From an uncultured Gemmatimonadales bacterium (GTDB lineage: Bacteria > Gemmatimonadota > Gemmatimonadetes > Gemmatimonadales > GWC2-71-9): a stretch of 64,000 nt of DNA. The translations under genes were made by a program, and so were the position numbers. Where the stretch lies: the NCBI GenBank assembly GCA_963846435.1, contig CAWJVX010000001.1, positions 6,992 to 70,991 of the forward strand, given 5' to 3'. The notes under the pieces are model-generated. The model was not told where the DNA came from. It made no database searches and saw nothing but the letters and a program-made list of their open reading frames with translations. Below are positions 29,735 through 38,702 of this stretch, piece by piece; within the stretch, counting starts at the first letter, position 1; every line of letters begins with the position of its first letter.

Positions 29735-29784
29735 ACCGTGAACGGTCGGTTGAACCCGCTTACCGTTCACCGTTTACCGTTCAT
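29716..29784. repeat. Inverted tandem-heptamer hairpin element (GTGAACN x4 versus CCGTTNA x4)
   Basis: gtgaacagtgaaccgtgaaccgtgaacggtcgg / ccgcttaccgttcaccgtttaccgttcat, about 21/29 pairs. It spans the merR stop (29732-34) and ends 17 nt before the surE ATG. Confidence 0.8.
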
Positions 29785-29801
29785 GTTTATCTTCCGCGAC
29801 G

Positions 29802-30551
29802 ATGAACATCCTCGTGAGCAACGATGACGGTGTGCTGGCCCCCGGGCTGGCGCTCCTCGCCGACGTCTGCCGGGAGGTCGGAAACGTCACTGTGGTGGCT
29901 CCCGATCGGGAGCAAAGCGGTACGTCTCACTCGCTCACCCTGCACCGCCCGCTCCGGCCCACCCGGCGCCCCGACGGGGGCTGGCAGATCGATGGCACTC
30001 CCACTGATTGCGTCATGCTCGCCCTCCAGGCGCTCATGCCCGAGCGGCCAGACTTCGTATTTTCCGGCGTCAACCACGGCCCCAACATGGGCGAGGACGT
30101 GCTCTATTCGGGCACCGTCGCCGCGGCTATGGAGGCGGTGACGCTGGGCGTTCCCGGCATCGGCATCTCCTTCGCGGGCAACCAGCCGGAGACGATGGCC
30201 ACCTATCGGGAGCTACTGCTGGAGCTGGTCCGGCGAATTACCCAGGTGCGCGACTTTCCGGAGCAGATGCTGCTCAACATCAACTTTCCCAGAATCCCGG
30301 CGTCGGAGGTCAAGGGCATCCAGGTCACCAAGCTGGGAAGCCGCTACTTTTCCGAGTCGCTGACCCGGATGAAGGATCCGTGGGGCCGGGAGATCTTCTG
30401 GATCGGAGGTGGCACCATCACCTGGACCGGCGGGGAGAACTCCGACCACCTCGCCGTGGCCGAAGGCTACGTCTCGGTCACTCCGCTGCACATGGATCTC
30501 ACCAACTACTCTTTGCTGGAAACGGTTCGAGGATGGTCGCTGGAGGGGTAG
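29802..30551 (+). CDS. surE: 5'/3'-nucleotidase SurE
   Basis: MNILVSNDDGVLAPGL, SGVNHGPNMGEDVLYSGTVAAAMEA. Confidence 0.93.
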   Translation: MNILVSNDDGVLAPGLALLADVCREVGNVTVVAPDREQSGTSHSLTLHRPLRPTRRPDGGWQIDGTPTDCVMLALQALMPERPDFVFSGVNHGPNMGEDVLYSGTVAAAMEAVTLGVPGIGISFAGNQPETMATYRELLLELVRRITQVRDFPEQMLLNINFPRIPASEVKGIQVTKLGSRYFSESLTRMKDPWGREIFWIGGGTITWTGGENSDHLAVAEGYVSVTPLHMDLTNYSLLETVRGWSLEG

Positions 30552-31201
30552 GGGAGGGCGACAGCTACGGGGGATACCGGACCCGGCTGGTGGAGACTCT
30601 CCGGCGCAAGGGAGTGAGGGATCTCTCGGTGCTGCGCGCCATTCAGATGGTGCCGCGGCACCTCTTCGTGCCGGAGAGCGTGCGCCATCGTGCCTACGAT
30701 GACATCGCCCTGCCGATCGGCAGCGGGCAGACGATCTCCCAGCCATACGTGCAGGCCCGGTATCTCGAGTTGATCGGCCTCACCGGGCAGGAGAAAGTGC
30801 TCGAGATCGGAACCGGATCGGGTTACCAGACGGCCTTGCTCGGCCTGCTGGCCAGCATGGTCTTCAGCGTGGAGCGGGTTGCCGGGCTGGCCCAGAGTGC
30901 GCGCACGGCCCTCGTGGCTGCCGGCATTCGCAACGTAACCGTGCTGGTGGGAGACGGAACGCTGGGGTGGCGTCCGTTTGCGCCCTATGACGCCATTCTG
31001 GTTTCAGCGGCGTCGCCGGAAGTGCCGGCCCCCCTCGTCGACCAGCTCGCGCCCGGAGCGCGAATGGTCATCCCCCTGGGGGATCGCGCCGCTCAGACCT
31101 TGACGGTGGTGGAGCGCCAGGGTGACGGCGTGCGGACCAGCACCATCGCCGACGTTCGCTTCGTGCCACTGGTGGGCGAATTCGGCTTCCGCCAGGAATA
31201 G
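30533..31201 (+). CDS. pcm: Protein-L-isoaspartate O-methyltransferase
   Basis: [33 protein letters not shown], conserved surE-pcm pairing. The longer ORF-track start 30008 was rejected. Confidence 0.9.
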   Translation: MVAGGVGEGDSYGGYRTRLVETLRRKGVRDLSVLRAIQMVPRHLFVPESVRHRAYDDIALPIGSGQTISQPYVQARYLELIGLTGQEKVLEIGTGSGYQTALLGLLASMVFSVERVAGLAQSARTALVAAGIRNVTVLVGDGTLGWRPFAPYDAILVSAASPEVPAPLVDQLAPGARMVIPLGDRAAQTLTVVERQGDGVRTSTIADVRFVPLVGEFGFRQE

Positions 31202-31218
31202 ACACCAGGAGACTGTGC

Positions 31219-31860
31219 ATGGATCTGCTGCCCCGCCTCATCGACCTCTTTTTGCACCTGGATCAGCACCTGGGCCAGCTGATCTCCCAGTACGGTACCT
31301 GGACTCACCTGATCCTGTTTCTCATCGTCTTCTGCGAAACCGGACTGGTGGTGACCCCGTTTCTGCCGGGTGACTCGCTGCTCTTTGCCGCCGGGACGTT
31401 CGCGGCGCTGGGCGCGCTCGACCTGTGGCTGGTCGTGCTGCTGCTGATCGTGGCTGCGATCGTGGGGGACACGGTGAACTACTGGATCGGCGCCTACATC
31501 GGCCCCCGGGCATTCAGGGGGGACATCCGCTTTCTCCGCAAGGAATACCTCGACCGCACCCACGCCTTCTACGAGAAGCACGGCGGCAAGACGATCATCA
31601 TGGCCCGGTTCGTTCCGATCATCCGGACGTTCGCGCCGTTCGTCGCCGGCGTCGGCGCCATGAGCTACCCCAAGTTCATCGTCTACAATGTGGTCGGCGC
31701 CGTCCTGTGGGTGGGATTGTTCGTGCTGGGTGGCTACTTCTTCGGCAACATCTCCGTGGTGCGGGAAAACTTTACCCTGGTCATTCTGGCGATCATCGCA
31801 ATCTCGGTGCTGCCTATCGTGGTCGAAGCGCTGCGGGCCCGCCGGAGCCGGCCGGCGTGA
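31219..31860 (+). CDS. dedA: DedA-family membrane protein
   Basis: [51 protein letters not shown]. Confidence 0.88.
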   Translation: MDLLPRLIDLFLHLDQHLGQLISQYGTWTHLILFLIVFCETGLVVTPFLPGDSLLFAAGTFAALGALDLWLVVLLLIVAAIVGDTVNYWIGAYIGPRAFRGDIRFLRKEYLDRTHAFYEKHGGKTIIMARFVPIIRTFAPFVAGVGAMSYPKFIVYNVVGAVLWVGLFVLGGYFFGNISVVRENFTLVILAIIAISVLPIVVEALRARRSRPA

Positions 31861-32126
31861 GTACCCGGTTTCTGGTCTTCGGAATGGTGCAGGGAGTCGG
31901 ATTCCGCTGGTTCGTGGCCCGGCACGCGAGAACGCTCGGTCTCACCGGCTATGCCCGCAATCTGGCCGACGGCAGCGTCGAGGTGGTAGTAGACGGGCCC
32001 GATGAAGCCTTCCCCGCGCTGGAGCAGCTACTCCGGCGCGGCCCGGCCCATTCGCAGGTGGACCGGGTGGAGCGGTCCACCGAAAGGACGGCCATCCCGA
32101 CAGGGGAAGGCTTCGATGTCATGTAG
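31857..32126 (+). CDS. acyP: Acylphosphatase
   Basis: GTG start overlapping the dedA stop. [37 protein letters not shown]. Confidence 0.85.
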   Translation: MSTRFLVFGMVQGVGFRWFVARHARTLGLTGYARNLADGSVEVVVDGPDEAFPALEQLLRRGPAHSQVDRVERSTERTAIPTGEGFDVM

Positions 32127-32156
32127 CTGGGCATTCAACCCGAATCACGCGACCCG

Positions 32157-32684
32157 ATGACGACGGTTACCGACCGAGTTCTGAAAACGTTGCGACCCAT
32201 TCCCGACTACCCCAAGCCGGGCATCCTGTTCCAGGACATCACTCCGGTCCTCCGCGACGGGGGCCTGCTGCGAGACGTCGTCTCCGATATGTGCCGCCCA
32301 TTCCGCGACCGCGACGTCACCTACGTCATGGGCATCGAAGCGAGAGGCTTCATCCTGGGCGGGGCGGTGGCTGCTGCGCTGGGGGCCGGGTTCGTGCCGG
32401 CCAGGAAGCCGGGAAAGCTGCCCTGGGAACGGGCCACGGAGTCGTACGACCTCGAGTACGGCAGCGATTCGCTGGAAGCCCATCGGGACGCCTGGAACCA
32501 GGGAAGCCGAGTGCTCGTGGTCGATGATGTGCTGGCCACCGGTGGCACGGCCAAGGCCGCAGGACAGTTGGCGCGTGGGTTGGGTGCAGAGCTGGTGGGG
32601 TGGAGCTTCCTGCTTGAGATCGCCGGCCTGAAAGGGCGCGAGCGGCTGTCCGGTGCCCCGTATCACGCGGTGGCGTCCTGCTAG
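32157..32684 (+). CDS. apt: Adenine phosphoribosyltransferase
   Basis: DYPKPGILFQDITPVL, PRPP motif VLVVDDVLATGGTA. Confidence 0.93.
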   Translation: MTTVTDRVLKTLRPIPDYPKPGILFQDITPVLRDGGLLRDVVSDMCRPFRDRDVTYVMGIEARGFILGGAVAAALGAGFVPARKPGKLPWERATESYDLEYGSDSLEAHRDAWNQGSRVLVVDDVLATGGTAKAAGQLARGLGAELVGWSFLLEIAGLKGRERLSGAPYHAVASC

Positions 32685-32841
32685 CGGGGCGATGGGTTAC
32701 GGGGTTGCACCGGCCGGTGCAGGGGTGCCATTTTCCCCTGTTCCGGCGGATCGGAGCGAAGTCGCGGGCCGGCTGGGCCTCTGCTAAGAAACTACCTGAG
32801 GACTTGGTTCGCAGGTTGAGGTGAGCCAAGTAGTTGCACCC

Positions 32842-32915
32842 GCCCCCGTAGCTCAGATGGATAGAGCAGCAGTTTCCTAAACTGTTGGCCGCGTGTTCGA
32901 GTCACGCCGGGGGCA
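32842..32915 (+). tRNA. tRNA-Arg (anticodon CCT)
   Basis: Acceptor GCCCCCG/CGGGGGC, D arm GCTC-AGATGGATA-GAGC, anticodon arm GCAGT-TTCCTAA-ACTGT, T arm GCGTG-TTCGAGT-CACGC, discriminator A. Confidence 0.88.
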
Positions 32916-32968
32916 TCAGCGCGGTGCGGGCGATGGCCGCGGGATTTCCTTTAAAACCTTAGTGCTGG

Positions 32969-33637
32969 ATGGCCATGGCAACGACAGTGGAACCGACCCG
33001 GACAGGACCAGCTCCAGCACCTGCCACGACGAAACCCTGGTATCAGCAGCGCCAGCGGCACCTCCTGGCGGGCGTGGTGATCCTCGCCGTCCTGGCCCTT
33101 GCGGCTTGGTTCGTGATTGCAAGCGGGAAGCGCAAGGAGCAATTTGCCGCGCGCAGCCTCAATCAGGCCAGAGTGGCTGCGGAGGCGGGGAATCTGCCTC
33201 TGGCCTCGAGTGAGCTCCAGAAGCTGATCGCGTCCTACAAGGGCACTGACGCGGCCAGCGAGGCGGTAATCACCCTCAACCAGGTGCGGATGATCAACGG
33301 CCAGAACGAGCTGGCCGTGGTGGGGCTACGGGAGTTCCTGGCCAGCAAACCGAGCCCGCAGTACGTCACGCCGGCAACCGGGCTGTTGGCCGCGGCGTTG
33401 GAGAATTCCAAGCGCTGGGCTGAGGCCGGCAACGCGTATACCCAGGCCTCGACCTCAGCTGAGGTCGAGTACCTCAAGGCGAAGTATCTGGTGGACGCGG
33501 GTCGCGCTTTCCGCGAAGGCGGGAAGACGGAGGAGGCGGCCAAGGCGTATCGCACGGTGCTTCAGAAGTACCCCAAGGCCCCCAGCGTCACCGAGGCGGA
33601 GGTCCGCCTGGCCGAGCTGACTGACGGGAAGATGTAA
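32969..33637 (+). CDS. Membrane-anchored TPR-like protein (YfgM-like architecture)
   Basis: Single TM (LLAGVVILAVLALAAWFVIA) followed by helical repeat region ending in AAKAYRTVLQKYPKAPSVTEAEVRLAEL. Confidence 0.6.
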   Translation: MAMATTVEPTRTGPAPAPATTKPWYQQRQRHLLAGVVILAVLALAAWFVIASGKRKEQFAARSLNQARVAAEAGNLPLASSELQKLIASYKGTDAASEAVITLNQVRMINGQNELAVVGLREFLASKPSPQYVTPATGLLAAALENSKRWAEAGNAYTQASTSAEVEYLKAKYLVDAGRAFREGGKTEEAAKAYRTVLQKYPKAPSVTEAEVRLAELTDGKM

Positions 33638-33668
33638 GGCGGGGCTGAGAGGCTGGGACAAACAAGCT

Positions 33669-33702
33669 AGGGGCTCAACCGGCATGGGCCCCTCTTTTTC
33701 TT
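33669..33702 (+). terminator. Rho-independent terminator
   Basis: aggggc-tcaaccggcatg-gcccct followed by ctttttctt. Confidence 0.6.
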
Positions 33703-33850
33703 AGGTTTAAACTAAGTGTCGTATAAGATATGTTATGTTAAGTGCGCCTGGGGAAAACTGTGGAGAAGTGTGGATGATCCCCCCGGCCTTCTGTGTATGT
33801 GATTGTGGTACAATGTGATATGAGGTTCCTCCCCGCCCACCCCTCAGCTG

Positions 33851-34678
33851 CTATTTCCCCTCCCACACTCCCCGGAAGAGGAGTCGTCCCTGACCGGCCA
33901 ACCAGACCTCCGTGGCCTGGGCTCCGTTCAACTGCCCGCGCACCGCGAGCTCTGGCCCTCCCCTGCTGCGGAATCTCAGGGGCAGCACAGCTTCCCCTCT
34001 GCAGGCCAGCGCCAGCGCCGCAGCCACCGTCCCCGTGCCACAAGCCAGGGTCTCTCCCTCCACACCCCGCTCGAATGTTCGGATGAGCCAGGAGCCTCCG
34101 GACGCCTTCGGAGGACTCACGAAGTTCACATTGGCTCCGACCGGCCCCACCCAGGGGTCGGACCGGAGCATGCGCCCCCGACCAGCAACATCCACCGCTT
34201 CAATGTCGGCCACCCGGACCACGAGATGCGGCACCCCGACGGTCCCCACCGAAAACCAGCGCTCACCCGCCCCCAGCCTCAGCTCCGCCAGGTCCCGAGG
34301 GAGCTCACAGTCAGGCAGGTGGATCTCCGGTTCCTCATCCTGTCCCCGGGAGATCACCCGGACCAGGCCGGCGTCGGTCAGGAGGCAGAACTCGCCCGGT
34401 GGGACCATCTCGAGCTCCACCGAGAGCCGCCCGCTACAGAGCGCCGCGTTGCCGCACATGGCACCGTGGGAGCCATCCGAGTTCCAGTAGGACATCCGGA
34501 CCGCGCCAGGCGTCGAGGGCGTCAGGATGACCAGGCCGTCCGCGCCGACTCCATTGCGGCGGTCGCAGATGGCCCGGACGCGGGCCGGAGGCCAGGCATC
34601 GGGTGCCGTGGCGCGGCCATCGAGCACCACGAAGTCGTTGCCCGAGCCGGTCATCTTGTAGAAGAGCGTCCCCCTCAC
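33851..34678 (-). CDS. dapF: Diaminopimelate epimerase
   Basis: GTG start (34678) overlapping the upstream stop by 4 nt. FYKMTGSGNDFVVLD, NSDGSHGAMCGNAALC, ETLACGTGTVAAAL. The long ORF-track start 35158 was rejected. Confidence 0.9.
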   Translation of the reverse strand: MRGTLFYKMTGSGNDFVVLDGRATAPDAWPPARVRAICDRRNGVGADGLVILTPSTPGAVRMSYWNSDGSHGAMCGNAALCSGRLSVELEMVPPGEFCLLTDAGLVRVISRGQDEEPEIHLPDCELPRDLAELRLGAGERWFSVGTVGVPHLVVRVADIEAVDVAGRGRMLRSDPWVGPVGANVNFVSPPKASGGSWLIRTFERGVEGETLACGTGTVAAALALACRGEAVLPLRFRSRGGPELAVRGQLNGAQATEVWLAGQGRLLFRGVWEGK

Positions 34679-35394
34679 ATGCGTCCAACGAGCGACTGGA
34701 GCCGAAGCCACCATACCATCCAGATTGCCTCCCGAACGATGCGCTTGTTCATCTTGCTCTGGCCTTCGACCCGGTCGGTGAACACGATGGGGATCTCCAC
34801 CAGCCGGAAGCCCTTTTTCCAGGCTCGGAAACTCATCTCGATTTGAAAGGAGTAGCCGTTGGAGCGGACCTTTTCGAAATCGATGGCCTCGAGCACCTCG
34901 CGTCGAAAGCACTTGAATCCACCGGTGGAATCCGCCAGCGGCAGGCCGGTGATCCAGCGGGCGTACTCGTTGGCCCCAATGGAGAGCAGCAACCTCGAGA
35001 TCGGCCAGTTGATGACGTTGACCCCGGTACGGTACCGGGAGCCGATGACGACATCGGCGTCGTTGGCGGCCCGGACAAAGTCGCCCAGGAACCTGGGGTC
35101 GTGGGAGAAGTCCGCATCCATTTCGAAGATCAGGTCGTACCCATGGTCCAGCGCCCAACGAAACCCGGCCAGGTACGCCTTCCCCAGCCCCGATTTTGCC
35201 GGCCGGTGCAACACGTGCACTCTGGGCGTGGATGCCGCGAGCTCATCCGCCAGCTGTCCCGTGCCATCGGGCGAATTGTCATCCACGACGAGGACTTCGA
35301 GCCGTGGATCCTGATGGAGGATGGCGGGCACCACGAGTGGGAGGTTCACCCTCTCGTTGTACGTCGGCACCACGACCAGCAGACGGTCAGCCAC
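34675..35394 (-). CDS. Polyprenol-phosphate mannose/sugar synthase (GT2, DPM1/Ppm1-like, soluble type)
   Basis: LLVVVPTYNERVNLP, LVVDDNSPDGTG, FEMDADFSHDP, SNGYSFQIEM. Confidence 0.88.
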   Translation of the reverse strand: MADRLLVVVPTYNERVNLPLVVPAILHQDPRLEVLVVDDNSPDGTGQLADELAASTPRVHVLHRPAKSGLGKAYLAGFRWALDHGYDLIFEMDADFSHDPRFLGDFVRAANDADVVIGSRYRTGVNVINWPISRLLLSIGANEYARWITGLPLADSTGGFKCFRREVLEAIDFEKVRSNGYSFQIEMSFRAWKKGFRLVEIPIVFTDRVEGQSKMNKRIVREAIWMVWWLRLQSLVGRM

Positions 35395-37708
35395 GAGCGC
35401 GACGAAGGTGCAGGACAGCGCCGAGCAGCGTAATCAGGATGACTGCGGCCCAGGTCGCCACACTGATCATGGTAGCCGTACGGACGATGGAGGGCCGATA
35501 ACGCAGCACCACCCGATGCTCCCCGCCCCGGGCCAAAGGAACCGCCATCAACGCATGATTGGCTCGAATTACCGGCACTGAGACTCCATCGATCTCCGCC
35601 TGCCAGGATCGGTGATAGGTGCGGCTCACATGCAAGAGTGCCGGACCGGTAGAACGAACCCGCACCGCCAGCGTATCATCGCCGTTCCCCTCGATGGTTG
35701 CAGTGCCGGTTCCACCGGCCTGCCCCACCGCCAGGACCGGCTCCTCCACGACGGTGGTCTTGGCCGGATCGAAGGTCGGGGACCAGAGGGTAGCAATCCG
35801 CCGAGCCGAATCGGGCTCGACCTCAACCCCCGGCACCACCGAAACACCCGGCAGGGCCGCATCATTCACGTACACCGCCACCCGCTGATCGGCGCCGAGG
35901 AGCCGAAACCCGGGGAGGTCCACCTGCCCCGGCAGGAGCACGTACCGGGCGGCCAGGGTCCGCAGGGCGGCGCTGTTGAGGAAGCTGAGCCAGTACTGTT
36001 CGACCTCCCCGGTGGTACGGGCCGACTGGCGCGCGGTGTACCGGGTTAGATCATTGTACCAGCGGAGCTGGTTTCCATGGTAGCCGAATACCTCAGGAAC
36101 CCCGTAACTGGCCAGAAAGCCCTCCGGATAGACCCCGCCGACCGTGAGCACTCGCTCCCCCGCCACCAGGCGTGCCCGAAGCGCCTCGATCCCCGGATCC
36201 GGGGGGAAGTAATCATCGTAACGCACCACCTCGATATACCGGTTGTCGACCCGGATGAGGTCGATAGCCGTGAGCAAGATGAGGAACAGGGCCACGTGAG
36301 CGGCTCTCAGCTTGCCGCGGCTCCAGAGAAACACCGCCCCCCAGGCAGCTCCGCAGATCAGCGCTACGATCAGCCCGCCGGCCGCGAGTCTTCCAACATT
36401 GCCGGCAAAGGCGTCAATCCGCCCACCTGCTTCCGCCCCGCCGAAGATCGAAGTCCAGGTGCCGTAAAGCCCGGTCCCGCCAGCGAGAGTCACCACCGCC
36501 ACTAAGAGCCCTGCAAGAGCCCCAGACGCGAGACCCAACGACATTGCTCGGCGGGCGCGGGGGTCGCCCGCACCGAGGGCTCGCTCGACCAGCAGCGCCG
36601 CCAGCAGGGTGAGCGCCACAATGACGAGGTATGTTGCCAGGCTGGGGGCCCGGAAGTTCTTGAGACCCGGGATGACGGAATAGAGCAGCCGGAACACTGG
36701 CGTTCCCGCCCCCAGGGCGTACAGCAGGGCGACAGCGGCCATGGCCGCAAGACCCCAACGCCGCCGGTCACCCTTGAGCCCGGCCACCGCAGCAATCCCC
36801 AGCACCAACACCAGCACACCGCCGTACTCGGAATTGTGCTTGAACGGGTTCTTCCCCCAGTACGTCTGCGACTGCACGTCGGTTCCGGAGAACTCGGGAA
36901 TGAAGAGCGAGACCGCTTCTTCTGCGTGCAGCGACCAGCTGGCCGAGTACTCGAAGCCCCGTCCCACCCCCGCCCGGGGAGAGTCGTCTCTGAGATAGCG
37001 ATACATCGGCAGCAGGACCACAGCGGCTACGCCCGCCGCCGTCACCACCGCCAGCATTCCTCCGGCGAGTCCATTGGCGAGAAACGCCCCGCCCGCATGT
37101 CGCTTTGTCCAGAGACTGGCGAGGGCGTAAAGCGCCAGAGCGAAATAGGCGTAATACGCCAGTTGGGGGTGGGCCACCACCATCAGTCCTGCCACGACTC
37201 CAAGCCAGAGAAAACGAAGCCAGGAGTGGCGATCGAGCGCGGTCACCAGAAGCCAGAGCGCGGCAGGAAACAGCGCGGTAACGTACATCTTGCCGTCCTG
37301 CCCACCCCAGACGAGGCTCACGAGGTTAGCGGACAACAGGTACGCGGACCCGGCGAACAGCGCCACCAGGCGGCTGGCACCGAACGCTCGGGCCGCGAGG
37401 TACATGAAGACCCCCGCCAGATAGACGTGGACGATCAACTTCCACGCCAGGGCGCTGGTCAAGGGCAGGAGGAAATGCAGGATGGAGGCGGGATAGAGAA
37501 TATCCCCGCTGCCGGCTTCAATCGTCGGCACACCCCCAAAGAGATACGGGTTCCACAGGGGCAACCGGCCCAGCGCCCGGATGTGCTCGACGAAAAACTT
37601 GCGGAACATGATGCCGGCGGCGACGGTGTCCTGGCCCAGCAACATGCCGCCCGGGCCGCTCACCAAGTATTGGCGGAAGACAAGCAGGGTCAGCGCCGCC
37701 ATTCCCAC
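35387..37708 (-). CDS. YfhO-family polytopic membrane glycosyltransferase-like protein
   Basis: 773 aa and many TM helices. YfhO-type N-terminus (FFVEHIRALGRLPLWNPYLFGGVPTIEAGSGDILYP) and a large C-terminal extracytoplasmic domain. Confidence 0.75.
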   Translation of the reverse strand: MGMAALTLLVFRQYLVSGPGGMLLGQDTVAAGIMFRKFFVEHIRALGRLPLWNPYLFGGVPTIEAGSGDILYPASILHFLLPLTSALAWKLIVHVYLAGVFMYLAARAFGASRLVALFAGSAYLLSANLVSLVWGGQDGKMYVTALFPAALWLLVTALDRHSWLRFLWLGVVAGLMVVAHPQLAYYAYFALALYALASLWTKRHAGGAFLANGLAGGMLAVVTAAGVAAVVLLPMYRYLRDDSPRAGVGRGFEYSASWSLHAEEAVSLFIPEFSGTDVQSQTYWGKNPFKHNSEYGGVLVLVLGIAAVAGLKGDRRRWGLAAMAAVALLYALGAGTPVFRLLYSVIPGLKNFRAPSLATYLVIVALTLLAALLVERALGAGDPRARRAMSLGLASGALAGLLVAVVTLAGGTGLYGTWTSIFGGAEAGGRIDAFAGNVGRLAAGGLIVALICGAAWGAVFLWSRGKLRAAHVALFLILLTAIDLIRVDNRYIEVVRYDDYFPPDPGIEALRARLVAGERVLTVGGVYPEGFLASYGVPEVFGYHGNQLRWYNDLTRYTARQSARTTGEVEQYWLSFLNSAALRTLAARYVLLPGQVDLPGFRLLGADQRVAVYVNDAALPGVSVVPGVEVEPDSARRIATLWSPTFDPAKTTVVEEPVLAVGQAGGTGTATIEGNGDDTLAVRVRSTGPALLHVSRTYHRSWQAEIDGVSVPVIRANHALMAVPLARGGEHRVVLRYRPSIVRTATMISVATWAAVILITLLGAVLHLRRARG

Positions 37709-37763
37709 GAAGGGAACCCAGCGCGGAATCTGATCCAGCTCGGACGACCTCCGGGTGTGACAC

Positions 37764-38702
37764 TCAGACCTCTCGAACCGTCGGGGGGCTCGGCGCGCCG
37801 CGCCGAAGCAGCAGTGGAACGGCCGGCAGTACCTCAGTTCCCGTGAGCAGCAGCCGGCTCGCGAGGGCCAGCGCCGCGGCCGGCTTCAGTCCGATATCGC
37901 CGGCCAACATGAGGAGGAACACCGATTCCCTGGGGCCCAGGCCTCCCGGTGCGAACAGGGCGACAAAGCCGGCCAGATAGGAACAGGTGAACACGCCGAT
38001 CGCCTGAGGCAGACTCAAGACGACACCTGGCAGCAGTCCGCGAGCCAGGAGACGCAGCGCCACGCCGTAGCCAATCCAGGCAAGCACATTGGCGGCAAAC
38101 GCTGCCGCGACCATCCCCGCCGGAATGGCTCGAGGACGGGGCCAGGAAGAAGGCAGTAGCCGGCCGACCCGGTCGAGCAGCGGCTGCGAGGTGAGCGCAG
38201 CCACTCCGAACAGGGACAGGAGGATGACGACAGTCGCGATGGGGAGCGCCCCCTGCCCCACGGCCTGAAACGCCTCGCTTGCCGTTGCGGCCACTACCGC
38301 CGCCCCGCTCGCAAGGGCCAGGACCTGAAGCACCAGGGCTCCGGCCACCGCGACCGAGGGATCTACGCCCGCGCGTTGCGCCAGCACCGCGGCACCAGCC
38401 ACGGCCCATACCTTCCCGGGTACGTACTTGCCCAGGCTCGCCAGGAACCAAATGCGCGCGGCAGTGGAGAACGCCAGCATTTCCCCCATGCTGAGCACAA
38501 CCCGGCGCCACGCCTCGATCAGGACCGCGTAGCTGGCAAACACCACCAACACGCTGGCCGCGAGCCATCCGGTCGAGAACTGCCACTCGATAGGCTGGGC
38601 CCGCAGGCTCTGCCAGTTCACCGCGATCGATCGGACGGCCAACCCGACCAGGAGCACCCCGGCGACGATTTGCAGCCCGCGCCAGAGTCTAGGCCGCGCC
38701 AC
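37764..38702 (-). CDS. Flippase-like membrane protein of the MprF/LPG-synthase transmembrane-domain family (UPF0104)
   Basis: 312 aa, about 8 TM helices. Family-typical SLGKYVPGKVWAVAGAAVLAQRAGV and FAPGGLGPRESVFLLML. Confidence 0.7.
   Translation of the reverse strand: MARPRLWRGLQIVAGVLLVGLAVRSIAVNWQSLRAQPIEWQFSTGWLAASVLVVFASYAVLIEAWRRVVLSMGEMLAFSTAARIWFLASLGKYVPGKVWAVAGAAVLAQRAGVDPSVAVAGALVLQVLALASGAAVVAATASEAFQAVGQGALPIATVVILLSLFGVAALTSQPLLDRVGRLLPSSWPRPRAIPAGMVAAAFAANVLAWIGYGVALRLLARGLLPGVVLSLPQAIGVFTCSYLAGFVALFAPGGLGPRESVFLLMLAGDIGLKPAAALALASRLLLTGTEVLPAVPLLLRRGAPSPPTVREV

Noticed and set aside
33774-33818. Cys-rich 14-codon micro-ORF (MIPPAFCVCDCGTM) in the AT-rich island.
   Set aside because: It is too short, has no Shine-Dalgarno sequence, and conservation could not be assessed. 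It is likely chance.
27753-35158. Very long N-terminal extensions suggested by the ORF track for gpsA (27753), pcm (30008), acyP (31425) and dapF (35158). The same applies elsewhere to kdsA (53276), kdsC (52281), GT4 (43071) and the ABC ATPase (56406).
   Set aside because: The extensions overlap the upstream gene in another frame and are low-complexity. Internal starts give canonical protein N-termini and typical ATGA/GTGA coupling.
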